This document shows positions 29,320-40,422 of a DNA stretch of 64,000 nucleotides, piece by piece. The first letter of the stretch is position 1, and the number at the start of each line of letters is the position of its first letter. Position numbers and translations under genes: made by a program. Below the pieces are notes generated by a model. That model was not told the origin of the DNA. It worked only from the letters and a program-made list of their open reading frames with translations, and did no database searches. This DNA is from Nitrosopumilus sp. (lineage in GTDB: Archaea > Thermoproteota > Nitrososphaeria > Nitrososphaerales > Nitrosopumilaceae), in contig OZ244651.1 of NCBI GenBank assembly GCA_965218695.1, forward strand, positions 2,144,001 to 2,208,000, written 5' to 3'.

Positions 29320-30711
29320 TCATTCTACATAGTGGTTGTGCACCAGGTTGTCATAGAACCTGACTGACTTTATGTTTAGAAACTCCAGCATCCCATACCT
29401 TGAGAGCTCCCTTCCAAACCCGCTGTGCTTGATTCCGCCAAACGGAATCCTCGGATCCGAGACCACCACATTATTGACACTCACTATACCTGACTCTATC
29501 TGTCTGGACATCCTCTCTGCCTTTGTGAGATCCCTTGTCCAGATGCTTGCGCCTAGGCCAAACTCGGTGTCGTTGGCCATCCTTATGGCCTCCTTTTCAT
29601 TCTCCACTATCGTAATCGGGGCCACCGGCCCAAAGGCCTCCTCCCTTGCAATTCTCATGTCAGGCTTTATGTTGGAGAGGATTGTCGGCATGTAAAAGAA
29701 GCCGTTGCCATCCATTCTGTCGCCTCCGAGCAGGACCTCGGCACCCCTGCCCTTTGCCTCCTCTACCATCTCTGATATGTTCTCAAGACCCTCTCTGTTT
29801 GAAATGGGTCCGATGTCAGTCTCCATGGATGACGGGTCTCCGACCTTCAACTGCGATGTCATTTTGACAAACATCTCGATGAATTCCTTTGCTACATTCC
29901 TTGTGACAAAGAATCTCTTTGAGGCTACGCAGCTCTGTCCGCAGTTGATGAACCTGCCCTTCACTGCCCCCTCTGCTGCCTTTTCAACGATTGCATCATC
30001 AAGCACTATGAAGGGATCGCTCCCACCAAGCTCCAGAACGCATTTTTTCAGGTTTGATGCGGCCCTTCTTCCCACTTCTATCCCTGCATTTGTGCTTCCG
30101 GTAAATGTGATGGCATTGGTGTTTGAGTCAATCAGGTGGTTTGCAGACTCAACGCTTCCCACTATGGTCTGGAACACACCCTCAGGCACGCCAGAACTGA
30201 CGAATGCCTTTTCAATCTCGATTCCAGACTGCATTGTCACCCTTGAAGGCTTCATCGCGATTACGTTTCCGGCCATTAGACATGGGGCTGCAAACCTCAG
30301 CGCTTGCCAGTACGGAAAGTTCCACGGCATGATGGAGCCGATAACACCCAACGGCTCAAACGTCAAAAAGCTCTTTCTTGCATCCGTGTTGAGCACCTCG
30401 TCAGTCAGAAAACTGTCTCCATGGTCTGCATAGAACTCTAGGGCCCATGCACACTTTTCGACCTCACCGACTGATTCCTTGATGGCCTTTCCCATCTCTT
30501 CTGTTGCAACCTTTGCAAGTTGCATCTTGTTCTTCTTGAGGTGCTCTACCAGGTTGTAGATGTAGCTTCGGCGCTTCTCATAGTCGCCCTTCCACTCTGG
30601 AAACACCCCCTTGGCCTTTCCCACGATGGCAAACACCTGATCCCTGTCCATGGCCTGGTATGTAGCAATGCATTCACCGGTTGCCGGATTGACCGTCTCT
30701 ATCTGGTTCAA
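29320..30711 (-). CDS. NAD(P)-dependent aldehyde dehydrogenase (SSADH-like; candidate succinyl-CoA reductase of the 3HP/4HB cycle)
   Basis: PWNFP, FTGS, LELGGSDP, GQSC and EE.FGP. Confidence 0.88.
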   Translation of the reverse strand: MNQIETVNPATGECIATYQAMDRDQVFAIVGKAKGVFPEWKGDYEKRRSYIYNLVEHLKKNKMQLAKVATEEMGKAIKESVGEVEKCAWALEFYADHGDSFLTDEVLNTDARKSFLTFEPLGVIGSIMPWNFPYWQALRFAAPCLMAGNVIAMKPSRVTMQSGIEIEKAFVSSGVPEGVFQTIVGSVESANHLIDSNTNAITFTGSTNAGIEVGRRAASNLKKCVLELGGSDPFIVLDDAIVEKAAEGAVKGRFINCGQSCVASKRFFVTRNVAKEFIEMFVKMTSQLKVGDPSSMETDIGPISNREGLENISEMVEEAKGRGAEVLLGGDRMDGNGFFYMPTILSNIKPDMRIAREEAFGPVAPITIVENEKEAIRMANDTEFGLGASIWTRDLTKAERMSRQIESGIVSVNNVVVSDPRIPFGGIKHSGFGRELSRYGMLEFLNIKSVRFYDNLVHNHYVE

Positions 30712-31127
30712 CGCGTATCTCTGTAAAACCTCTCATAATATTCGGCGACGCCTGCAAGCATCCCTGCGTATGGATTAATCAACACATGCACGGATTCGTC
30801 ATAGAGCTTCATGTATGTGATTCTCATTCGGGTGTACCACTTGAGATAATCGTCAAAGTCATCAACATGCTTGATCCACATGTCAGTCATGCTGTCTGCA
30901 TACGGCCGTATGTACTCCAGAAGATCCTGCAGAGGAAGCATCCTTTCAAAGGTATTCTCTGCCATTATGCACGTACCATACACGTCATCAAGCGTGTGCA
31001 GATACTCCTTGTACATGTCTGAATACATTTGAAGATGCACAGGCAGGTGCATCTCCATCCTGTTGATTACCTTGGACATGTTGTCCTTGTACATGTTGCA
31101 GACTGATGGGGTCTCTTGGACTGACAT
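30708..31127 (-). CDS. Hypothetical all-helical protein
   Basis: 139-aa ORF whose stop overlaps the aldehyde dehydrogenase start. Confidence 0.6.
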   Translation of the reverse strand: MSVQETPSVCNMYKDNMSKVINRMEMHLPVHLQMYSDMYKEYLHTLDDVYGTCIMAENTFERMLPLQDLLEYIRPYADSMTDMWIKHVDDFDDYLKWYTRMRITYMKLYDESVHVLINPYAGMLAGVAEYYERFYRDTR

Positions 31128-31393
31128 TACTACGCGTCTCTACAGGCTCTATATCTTTATTTTGCATGTGACCTGCCAGATTCTGCCAATGGTGCAATTC
31201 CATGAAATATCCTATCCGGATGCACACCATCTTCACTGCAGACGTGCATGCACCTTGTGTGTCATCCCTGCAACAGACGTAGCTACAAATGATCATACCC
31301 AGATACCTGCATGCCCCATACTAGGATACCCGTTGCGAATCCTGTCTGCCCTCCCCCTGTGTGATTATAATTTATAACAGAAGGTTGTCTGGA

Positions 31394-31915
31394 ATGTGGT
31401 TGGTAGACAAATACGAGGATCCATTTGTCAGAATCGCTTCCATGATTGGAGGGGACGAGTATCTCAAGGTTGCAAGATCCCTGCTCAAGGCTGAGGATGC
31501 CACAGACGAGGAGATTGCAAGCTCGACTGGTCTTAGAATCAACATGGTGCGGAAGGTTCTCTATGACCTGTTTGGCAAATCACTCATTACCGGAATCAGG
31601 GTCAAGGACGAGAGGAAGGGATGGTTTGTCTACAGGTGGAGAACCAGAAGGGACGAAGTCGAGCATTTTATCGAGAATCAAAAGAAGAAGATTGGGGAGA
31701 GACTGCAGCAGAGACTAGACTATGAGAACGCCTCTGACTTTTACCATTGTGGAAACGAAGACTGTCCAAGGGTGGCCTTTGAAGATGCCCTTGAAAGCAT
31801 GTTCAGGTGTTCCTCGTGCGGAAAGGTGTTGAACCTGAAGAAGAATGACAGATCAAAGAAAGCCTACTCCAAAAAAATCGACGAGATCAAAAAAGACATA
31901 CAACAGGTATTCTAG
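31394..31915 (+). CDS. tfe: Transcription factor E alpha
   Basis: TDEEIA...VRKVLYDL...GWFVYRW followed by a zinc ribbon. Confidence 0.92.
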   Translation: MWLVDKYEDPFVRIASMIGGDEYLKVARSLLKAEDATDEEIASSTGLRINMVRKVLYDLFGKSLITGIRVKDERKGWFVYRWRTRRDEVEHFIENQKKKIGERLQQRLDYENASDFYHCGNEDCPRVAFEDALESMFRCSSCGKVLNLKKNDRSKKAYSKKIDEIKKDIQQVF

Positions 31916-31967
31916 GTCAAGTGGGAACCTTTGCTTATTCTAGTCCCAGAAGAACCCAATTCCGGGG

Positions 31968-32492
31968 TTACTTCTCCACGATCACGTTCTTGCCGCTACC
32001 TGAGGGAACTATCCTTCTCATGGCACCGGGAAACTCCCTTTCAAACTGCCTCCCCCCATGGATGCGATCCAGCAAGACTGCAAGCGCGCTTATCTCCGAG
32101 TGGGGTTGGCATCCGATACCCACATTGTAGTCTGCCAGTTCGTATATCTCCCTTGGAACCTTCTCTGCCCCCACAACAACCAGCAAATTCTCCTCGCTCC
32201 TGAGCCCCTCCTGCACCTCGTTGATGCTCTCACCGTACATGGACAGGTGCGCCACGGCAAACCCGTCCTCCTTCTTCCTTCTTATGACGGGTCTCCACTT
32301 TTTGATAAACTCTACTTGAAAATCTCCTCCCCACGTCCTGCCGACCTTTCCAATGGTATCTTCTATCTCGGGGTTGACTTCGCTCATGAGTATCCTTGCA
32401 GCGCCAAACGCCCTAGCAACCAGTGCCACATGTGTCGTAACCCTGTCGTCCCTGACAAGCCGCTGGCCAATCCTGACTACCTCAATTACCAA
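31968..32492 (-). CDS. tRNA (cytidine56-2'-O)-methyltransferase aTrm56
   Basis: [27 protein letters not shown] and QPHSE. Confidence 0.93.
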   Translation of the reverse strand: MVIEVVRIGQRLVRDDRVTTHVALVARAFGAARILMSEVNPEIEDTIGKVGRTWGGDFQVEFIKKWRPVIRRKKEDGFAVAHLSMYGESINEVQEGLRSEENLLVVVGAEKVPREIYELADYNVGIGCQPHSEISALAVLLDRIHGGRQFEREFPGAMRRIVPSGSGKNVIVEK

Positions 32493-33579
32493 GTAGGCCA
32501 GCCCCTCCGGGTTCCTTCCCGTACCAAACCCCTGCTACGTCTCTGATTGCCTCCTTGAGATGCTTGGCATTCTCCCCTGTTCTTGCAGACACCGGAACAA
32601 CCCTCCTGCCTGTCAGCCCGAGCATCTCAATTGCCCCGCTGATCTTCTCATGCCCTATCAGGTCGGCTTTGTTTAGCGCATAAACCATCCTCTCCCTTTG
32701 GACGCCCAGCTCCCCCAGTGTCCTCATGCAGCTTGAAAACTTTTTTTCCATCTTTTGTGGCGGATCGCCTGCATCAATCACCACCACCACGGCATCTGCA
32801 TGGAGCAGCTCCTCAAGCGTGGACTTGAATGCATCTATCATGTATGCAGGCAGCTTGTTGATGAATCCCACGGTATCTGACATCAGAAACAGCTCCCCGT
32901 CCACCTCCAGCCTTCTGGTCGTCGTCGACAGCGTGGTGAACAGCTCCTCACCCTCTGCCCTCTCCTCTCCTGTCAGCCTGTTGAATAGGGTCGTCTTTCC
33001 GGCAGACGTGTACCCTGCAAGCGATATGGTCTTGAATCCCATCCTCTTTCTTCCCTGTCTGTGCAGCTCCCTTTGCTTTCCTGACTTTTCAAGCTTGGTC
33101 CTTGTCGTGTTTATCCTGTGTTTGATGTCATTATAGTATACATCCACCTCGAATTTGCCTATACCCATGAACCCGGCCTGCTCGCCCATTCTTGAGAGGC
33201 GGACCCTCTCCCTTGCCCTTGACATCTCATATCTCAACTGCGCCAGTCTTACCTGGAGTTTTGACTCCGCACTTGAGGCCCTGCTCTCAAAGATCTCCAG
33301 TATCAGCGCCTCCCTGTCCAGTATCTCTATGTGCAGGGCAGATGCAAGGTTGTAGTTCTGGCTTGGCTTTAGAATCTCGTCGTATATTATGACGTCCGGG
33401 TGCACCCTCTCTGCGATCTCCTTAAGCCTCTCCAAGATGCCGCTGCTTATCCCGTATTTTGGCCTCTTGAGAAACCTCTGCCTCACCGTATGCACTATCT
33501 GGTATCCTGCAGCATCGCACAGGCCTGCTGCCTCGTCTGCAATACCCTCCCTGTCATATGTGATTAGGATTGCCTTCAT
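32482..33579 (-). CDS. hflX: GTPase HflX
   Basis: [23 protein letters not shown] and NKAD. Confidence 0.93.
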   Translation of the reverse strand: MKAILITYDREGIADEAAGLCDAAGYQIVHTVRQRFLKRPKYGISSGILERLKEIAERVHPDVIIYDEILKPSQNYNLASALHIEILDREALILEIFESRASSAESKLQVRLAQLRYEMSRARERVRLSRMGEQAGFMGIGKFEVDVYYNDIKHRINTTRTKLEKSGKQRELHRQGRKRMGFKTISLAGYTSAGKTTLFNRLTGEERAEGEELFTTLSTTTRRLEVDGELFLMSDTVGFINKLPAYMIDAFKSTLEELLHADAVVVVIDAGDPPQKMEKKFSSCMRTLGELGVQRERMVYALNKADLIGHEKISGAIEMLGLTGRRVVPVSARTGENAKHLKEAIRDVAGVWYGKEPGGAGLLGN

Positions 33580-33603
33580 GTTCCTGTACGCATCTCCGCA
33601 GAA

Positions 33604-34650
33604 TCATTCCTTCTTTTTGAGAACCTTCTCTATGTTCATGTTCAGCACGATCTCAGATATGTCGCTTGCATACTCTGCTACTCTCCTGATATTCTCTGCC
33701 ATCCTTCTGACCCGGTAGATCTCCTCGTCATTCTCAAGGGATTCTGATGCCTCCCTCACCCTCTTTTCGTACACTGTGATCTCCAAGGTATCCATGATGT
33801 TCTTTTCTGCTTGGACATAGTCCTCCTTGAATAGTGCCAGGCAGGAGTCGTCTAGTAGCGACAGGCAGAACTGGTTCATATCCTGCAACCTATCTAGGAC
33901 GCCTGCGGGTATGGGTTTTTTAAACTCCAGCAGATCCCTTGCAATCCACGCGGCATGATCGCCGGTCCTCTCGATGTTCTTTACTATCAGCCTGTACCCC
34001 AGGCAGTTCCGGGCGTTCTTGAAGCCCATCTCCTTTAGCATGTATTCGTTCTGGATCGCGATCTTTAGCTGGCGGATTATGTAAAATCCGAACCTGTCCA
34101 CCTCGTCGTCCGTGTTAATCACCTCCTGTGCAAGCTCCTGGTTGTTCTCCCTTGCTGCCAGGATGGCATCGTTTGACATTGATTTTGCCAGGTGGAGCAT
34201 CCGCTTGAAGGCCCCATCCACTGAGAGCTCCAGCAGGTTGACTAGCACCTGTATTGTTATGCCCTCGCTGGAGTCTGAGATGATCTCCGATCCCATCAGC
34301 ATCCGCTTTACGGCCTCCTTTACAGTATTTCTCTGGCTGGGAACAAGCCTGCCGAGCTTGGATTTTAGATGGATGGTCTTGAATCCAAGAAAGTACAGGG
34401 ATATCAGCTTTCTTACAATCGACGAGGGGTCTTCGTTAGCCTCAATCTCGATTAGCGCGTCCTCCTTTTTTTGCATATTGGACTCAAATTTTGGTGGATG
34501 CAGCTCCAGAGTGGATAAGCCCTTTCTGACTACCCTGAGCTGGTCGCCCTGTTTCAGACCCAACTCAATGATCCATTGTTTTGGTAGTGAAACTATGTAT
34601 GATGACTTGCCGGTAAACTGAATCTTCCTCGTCTCCTCTCTTTCCTTCAC
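33604..34650 (-). CDS. phoU: AbrB-PhoU phosphate uptake regulator
   Basis: RKIQFTGKSSYIVSLPK.W, DDEVDR and ERTGDH. Confidence 0.88.
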   Translation of the reverse strand: MKEREETRKIQFTGKSSYIVSLPKQWIIELGLKQGDQLRVVRKGLSTLELHPPKFESNMQKKEDALIEIEANEDPSSIVRKLISLYFLGFKTIHLKSKLGRLVPSQRNTVKEAVKRMLMGSEIISDSSEGITIQVLVNLLELSVDGAFKRMLHLAKSMSNDAILAARENNQELAQEVINTDDEVDRFGFYIIRQLKIAIQNEYMLKEMGFKNARNCLGYRLIVKNIERTGDHAAWIARDLLEFKKPIPAGVLDRLQDMNQFCLSLLDDSCLALFKEDYVQAEKNIMDTLEITVYEKRVREASESLENDEEIYRVRRMAENIRRVAEYASDISEIVLNMNIEKVLKKKE

Positions 34651-34729
34651 GGGATATAGTGGATGTGGCTATTCTATATAGTTTGAGATCCGCAATCGGC
34701 ATCATCATTGGACTAATATTTGGTCGGGG

Positions 34730-35209
34730 GTGTCCATACCCATGGATCATATCCTGAAACTGCAACACACGCTTGATGCACTGTTTGGGAAAGGCGTCTC
34801 CAGGCACATGCCAAAGGACGTGGAGATGACGTTTTCGCGCAAGACAGGACGGATCAGAACTGTCATGTCCGGGGGCCGGCTGCTGTGCACGCTGAGAATC
34901 GACGGCGGCCTGGCATTAAGTCCGTACTTTGCCCAGATGCTACTGGGCAGCAGGACGTTCCGGGAGAACTGTGTCGAGGTAAATTCGGAGGCTGCCCCGT
35001 TTGTAGAAGAGGGACGCTCGGTATTCTGCCGGCATGTGGTGCGGTGCGGCAGAAACGTCAGGGCGTCTGCCGATACTCCTGTAATCTTCGAAGGCAGGGT
35101 CATTGCAGTGGGCAAGGCAGTTCTCTCATACCCGATGATCGGCGATTTCAAGCGGGGCGTGGCAGTCCGGACAAGGCATAGCTTAAAAAGTTCCGCCGTG
35201 AAGGCATAG
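34730..35209 (+). CDS. PUA-domain protein (TGT C-terminal-like)
   Basis: SRKTGRIR, GRSVFCRHV and RGVAVRTR. Confidence 0.8.
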   Translation: MSIPMDHILKLQHTLDALFGKGVSRHMPKDVEMTFSRKTGRIRTVMSGGRLLCTLRIDGGLALSPYFAQMLLGSRTFRENCVEVNSEAAPFVEEGRSVFCRHVVRCGRNVRASADTPVIFEGRVIAVGKAVLSYPMIGDFKRGVAVRTRHSLKSSAVKA

Positions 35210-35211
35210 TC

Positions 35212-35553
35212 ATGATGCGAGGACAAAACCGCGGCATGCGGAGGTCGATTAACAAGATGGGTATGGACATGAACGAGATGCAGGATGTTCAGGAGGTGAT
35301 CATCCGGACAAGCAAGAAGGAGATCATAATCAACAAGCCCAATGTAACTGAGATGAAGGCCAAGGAGAGCGTAATCTTCATGGTTGATGCAGGCGACTAC
35401 GAGGAGAGGGAACTGGAGGTTCCAACATTCTCAGAGGACGACATCCAGATGGTCAGTCAACAGGCAGGCGTAGACGAGGCCAAGGCCATATCTGCCCTGA
35501 CAGACGCCAAGGGCAACATCGCCAAGGCCATTCTGCTCCTGACCGCTGGATGA
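35212..35553 (+). CDS. nac: Nascent polypeptide-associated complex protein
   Basis: KMGMDM...V.EVII and C-terminal UBA (EDDIQMV...G.IAKAIL). Confidence 0.9.
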   Translation: MMRGQNRGMRRSINKMGMDMNEMQDVQEVIIRTSKKEIIINKPNVTEMKAKESVIFMVDAGDYEERELEVPTFSEDDIQMVSQQAGVDEAKAISALTDAKGNIAKAILLLTAG

Positions 35554-35632
35554 GCAGCAGCCCGTCTGGCAACGCCTTTCTGAAAAGAAATCCTAAGAAT
35601 GATTTAAGTATGGAACAGTTATCGTCAGGAAC

Positions 35633-35959
35633 ATGTCTGAATCCCGCGTATCTGTGGTGCTCAAATCACTCCACGCCCTAGAGGATGATCTTGATTCGCT
35701 TAATGCCAAGGCCGCTGACATAAAGCAGGCCCTGTCAATCAAGGTTCAGAATGAGATTGACTCCATGCTGGAAAAGACCCAAAAGATTGCTACAGGCCAA
35801 GTCGAGATGATAATCAGCGCATCCCGGGAGAAAGCCAACGCCGAATCGCAAAAAATCATCAAGAACGGTCAGACAAGGCTTGCCGAGATTCAGGGAAAGA
35901 TTGATGCCAACTTTGATGAGGCAGTGGCACACGTTGTGTCAACTGTTTTGAAGGAATAA
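35633..35959 (+). CDS. Coiled-coil hypothetical protein (ATPase subunit H/G-like)
   Basis: 108-aa heptad-rich ORF ending NFDEAVAHVV. Confidence 0.55.
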   Translation: MSESRVSVVLKSLHALEDDLDSLNAKAADIKQALSIKVQNEIDSMLEKTQKIATGQVEMIISASREKANAESQKIIKNGQTRLAEIQGKIDANFDEAVAHVVSTVLKE

Positions 35960-36000
35960 CCCTAAATTCCACATACTCCAATATACCTAGTATAGACCCG

Positions 36001-36660
36001 TTGCTTGATGCCCGTATCGGAGTTGCAACTGCCTATGGAAGGCCGTACTACCGGTTCTCCACGCTTTTGAAGAGGTTCAATCTCTCGTTTGATTCCATCC
36101 TTCCCGGGGAGATTCCTGGGTATGCAGGGCATCTTGTACTTACCACATATGGGGAATCGCTTGGGGGATGCAGGATGCCGGTACTCTTTGAGGACATTCT
36201 TGTACACCACCCGACTGTAGCTCGGGGACTTATGATGCAGAAGATCATGCCCGGCTTTGAAGACGAGGATCTCGTGCTGGGAATAGATCCCGGACAGAGG
36301 ACCGGCCTGTCAGTGTCATACTGCGGAATGGAGATTGACGGGTCGTTTCATTCCTCCGTCGAAGCTCTTGCCGCGCACGTAGCCTGTATCCTCAAGGGCC
36401 TTGAGGCGGGGCGCAGAATAGTAAAGATTGGAAACGGGAACATGCACATGGCAGGGCAGATAATCCGCATGCTTGATCTGAAGTGCTGCCCACCGTTTGT
36501 GCTGGAGTTTGTAGACGAGCAGAACACCAGTCTGAAGATAAAGAACTTCAACCAGCGCGGCAGGAGGGACATCCTCTCGGCAAGATACATCTCCCAACGC
36601 CAGGGATACACGCACCCCGAGATGATGATGATTCAGTCTGCCGGATCCGGAACCGTCTGA
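36001..36660 (+). CDS. Hypothetical protein with RNase H-like (YqgF-like) motif
   Basis: LVLGIDPG.RTG...VDE..TS...D..SA. Confidence 0.6.
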   Translation: MLDARIGVATAYGRPYYRFSTLLKRFNLSFDSILPGEIPGYAGHLVLTTYGESLGGCRMPVLFEDILVHHPTVARGLMMQKIMPGFEDEDLVLGIDPGQRTGLSVSYCGMEIDGSFHSSVEALAAHVACILKGLEAGRRIVKIGNGNMHMAGQIIRMLDLKCCPPFVLEFVDEQNTSLKIKNFNQRGRRDILSARYISQRQGYTHPEMMMIQSAGSGTV

Positions 36661-36859
36661 ACCTTACAGGTGCTGCTGCATGTATCAATCCCAGAGCCCG
36701 GCAAAATCAGACAGGCTAGAACATAGTCTCACGGACACGGCCTCCATGTGGTGCCGTTGCCGAACAGCATATCGGGAAGCGAATCCCGATACTTCATCAT
36801 GAAGTTTCCACTGAAACCTCTAGGTGATGGATCATTCCTGTATACCATGATAGTAAAAT

Positions 36860-36939
36860 GTATGGACTCGTCCAATACAATTCTAGGCACGAATTTGCAA
36901 TGAATCATGCCTGTGTTTATAAGGGACCTGAGTGCGTGC
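36860..36939. mobile_element. Internally deleted, degenerate mini-copy of the adjacent IS66
   Basis: Left end GTATGGACTC, right end GACCTGAGTGCGTGC (12/15 match to the TIR), internal TCTAGGCACG. Preceded by AGTAAAAT. Confidence 0.6.
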
Positions 36940-36948
36940 TGGTAAAAT

Positions 36949-38599
36949 GTATGGACTCAGGTCGCCAAACTGCGCTACGCTGCCACTGCGGGTACAGAAA
37001 CCTTCTGATATTGTTCGGGTGGCTTGAATATGCTCCAGCCAGGATCCATGATGATGTTCTCGACTGCTTGGCGCGGGAAGATGCCCTGCTTGTGGCAGGT
37101 GCGCGCCACTGATATCAGCACCGAGAAGACCTCCCGCCCCTCGGGTTCGGACAGCTGGTGCCGCACGTTCCTGTGCAGCACCGCAGTGTCGCGTATCTCC
37201 AACTCTGCTGCGTTGTTATGCGGCGGCATGCCCGGATGCCTGAGGAACGTGAACATGCACGGGGCCGCGTTCTCAAGCGTCGTGCGGAAGTCGTGGGACT
37301 CCCCGTAGTCCGAGGCGATTTGGAGCACCGTCCTTTCCAGGTCCAGGCACTCGCCGGATCCGGCAGACTCCCTGTCCTTGACTGACCGGTACAGGGCAAG
37401 CAGCCTGCGGTAGCAGGCAAGATCGTTGCCGCCGTTCTTGATGGCGTACTCTTCTGCGGCGCGCAGCAGGTGCACCCAGCACCTCTGCTTGACTGGGAAC
37501 ATGTTGTAGACGGTGTACCCATCCACCACCACCGGCTTGCCAAGCAGCCGGGCAAAATGCGCGTTTATCACCAGAGCCGCCCTGCTCGGGGCGGCCACCA
37601 GATACGTGGCGTCCCCGGTGGTGACCAGCCACACGTACCCCTTCTTCCCGTTCATCTTCATGTGGGACTCGTCAAACTGCACGAACGCGGCCTCGGCGAT
37701 GTGGGTCAGTATGCCCTCGTACGCGCCCTTGAGGATCTTTTTGAGGGCCTTGCGCGCGTTCCATATGGCGTTTGGCGATATGCCAAACCCGTACAGCGCC
37801 TTGAAATAGTATGATACGGTATAGTCCGTGCTCCTCTTGTCGTAGTACTCCTCCACAAACCCCAGGGCCTTGGGGCCAAGCGACGTGCCGGGGATCGTGG
37901 GAGGCACGGCAGAGCTGACGTGATTGCACCTCTTGCACAACCCCTGTCCCACCAGGTACGCGACGCGCTCGATCCTCATGGCACCGTCGTCGGGAAAATC
38001 ATACACCATCTTGACAATGGACGGCATCCGGACCAGGTGTCCGCGTCCGCACTTTTCGCACCTGCACACTGGCAGACTCTCGGTCCTCTCGGCCCTGTTC
38101 TTGTGCGAGGCACCGGCGTGTCCTGCGGGCGGTCCCTTGCGGGCCTTGTCTTCGGCGCCTTGCCTTCTGATTCAGGTCCGCCTTCCGATTCGGACTTTTC
38201 TCCTTCCTTGGGCCCGCCGCTGCCATCGGACTCCGTCTTGGCCTCCATGTCCATCCGCTTCCTGAATGCCGTGCGGTCCGAGTTGTACAACGAATATGTG
38301 GACGAGGACATGTTGGGGTTCTCGTACTTGCGGAGCCTCCTGCGGTACCCCGCATTCTCCAGGGTCAGGCGGTCGTTTTCAATCTCGAGCAGCGTCACCT
38401 TCTTGGTGAGTTCGGCATTTGTCTTGTACATCGTTTTCTTAAACTTCTCGAACTCCGTCACTACCCTTGCCAGCTCCCTGCGCAGGAGCGATATCTCTGA
38501 TTTGCTCACGTGGGTTCGCGGATTCCGAGATCAATAAATCGGCATGGTCTAATTTGATGCACAAGCGATTAAAATCTAGGCACGGACCTGAGTCCATAC
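36949..38599 (-). mobile_element. IS66-family element, copy 1 (1651 bp)
   Basis: 15-bp TIR GTATGGACTCAGGTC. Flanked by GGTAAAAT at 36941-36948 and 38600-38607. Confidence 0.93.
36975..38509 (-). pseudogene. IS66 transposase split by a frameshift near 38160
   Basis: Coiled-coil part lies in one frame. GPPAGHAG, FDESH, VDGY, QRCWVH and HNNAAE lie in the -1 frame. Confidence 0.8.
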
Positions 38600-38607
38600 G
38601 GTAAAAT

Positions 38608-40258
38608 GTATGGACTCAGGTCGCCAAACTGCGCTACGCTGCCACTGCGGGTACAGAAACCTTCTGATATTGTTCGGGTGGCTTGAATATGCTCCAGCCA
38701 GGATCCATGATGATGTTCTCGACTGCTTGGCGCGGGAAGATGCCCTGCTTGTGGCAGGTGCGCGCCACTGATATCAGCACCGAGAAGACCTCCCGCCCCT
38801 CGGGTTCGGACAGCTGGTGCCGCACGTTCCTGTGCAGCACCGCAGTGTCGCGTATCTCCAACTCTGCTGCGTTGTTATGCGGCGGCATGCCCGGATGCCT
38901 GAGGAACGTGAACATGCACGGGGCCGCGTTCTCAAGCGTCGTGCGGAAGTCGTGGGACTCCCCGTAGTCCGAGGCGATTTGGAGCACCGTCCTTTCCAGG
39001 TCCAGGCACTCGCCGGATCCGGCAGACTCCCTGTCCTTGACTGACCGGTACAGGGCAAGCAGCCTGCGGTAGCAGGCAAGATCGTTGCCGCCGTTCTTGA
39101 TGGCGTACTCTTCTGCGGCGCGCAGCAGGTGCACCCAGCACCTCTGCTTGACTGGGAACATGTTGTAGACGGTGTACCCATCCACCACCACCGGCTTGCC
39201 AAGCAGCCGGGCAAAATGCGCGTTTATCACCAGAGCCGCCCTGCTCGGGGCGGCCACCAGATACGTGGCGTCCCCGGTGGTGACCAGCCACACGTACCCC
39301 TTCTTCCCGTTCATCTTCATGTGGGACTCGTCAAACTGCACGAACGCGGCCTCGGCGATGTGGGTCAGTATGCCCTCGTACGCGCCCTTGAGGATCTTTT
39401 TGAGGGCCTTGCGCGCGTTCCATATGGCGTTTGGCGATATGCCAAACCCGTACAGCGCCTTGAAATAGTATGATACGGTATAGTCCGTGCTCCTCTTGTC
39501 GTAGTACTCCTCCACAAACCCCAGGGCCTTGGGGCCAAGCGACGTGCCGGGGATCGTGGGAGGCACGGCAGAGCTGACGTGATTGCACCTCTTGCACAAC
39601 CCCTGTCCCACCAGGTACGCGACGCGCTCGATCCTCATGGCACCGTCGTCGGGAAAATCATACACCATCTTGACAATGGACGGCATCCGGATCAAGTGTC
39701 CGCGTCCGCACTTTTCGCACCTGCACACTGGCAGACTCTCGGTCCTCTCGGCCCTGTTCTTGTGCGAGGCGCCGGCGTGTCCTGCCGGCGGTCCCTTGCG
39801 GGCCTTGTCTTCGGCGCCTTGCCTTCTGATTCAGGTCCGCCTTCCGATTCGGACTTTTCTCCTTCCTTGGGCCCGCCGCTGCCATCGGACTCCGTCTTGG
39901 CCTCCATGTCCATCCGCTTCCTGAATGCCGTGCGGTCCGAGTTGTACAACGAATATGTGGACGAGGACATGTTGGGGTTCTCGTACTTGCGGAGCCTCCT
40001 GCGGTATCCTGCATTCTCCAGGGTCAGGCGGTCGTTTTCAATCTCGAGCAGCGTCACCTTCTTGGTGAGTTCGGCATTTGTCTTGTACATCGTTTTCTTA
40101 AACTTCTCGAACTCCGTCACTACCCTTGCCAGCTCCCTGCGCAGGAGCGATATCTCTGATTTGCTCACGTGGGTTCGCGGATTCCGAGATCAATAAATCG
40201 GCATGGTCTAATTTGATGCACAAGCGATTAAAATCTAGGCACGGACCTGAGTCCATAC
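38608..40258 (-). mobile_element. IS66-family element, copy 2 (1651 bp), in tandem with copy 1
   Basis: Same TIRs; followed by GGTAAAAT at 40259-40266. About 6 substitutions relative to copy 1. Confidence 0.93.
38634..40168 (-). pseudogene. IS66 transposase split by the same frameshift near 39820
   Basis: Same two-frame arrangement as copy 1. Confidence 0.8.
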
Positions 40259-40422
40259 GGTAAAATCAGCTATACATATTTATTGAAGTTTTCTAGGTTT
40301 TCTTTGCAACTAATGAGGCTAGTTGTGTTACTAGTTGGAATACTTCCAATGTTTAGCACTCTTTTGTTAATATTTTATCGATCTATCCTTATATAGTTAT
40401 AAAATATATATTAGTTACCAAG

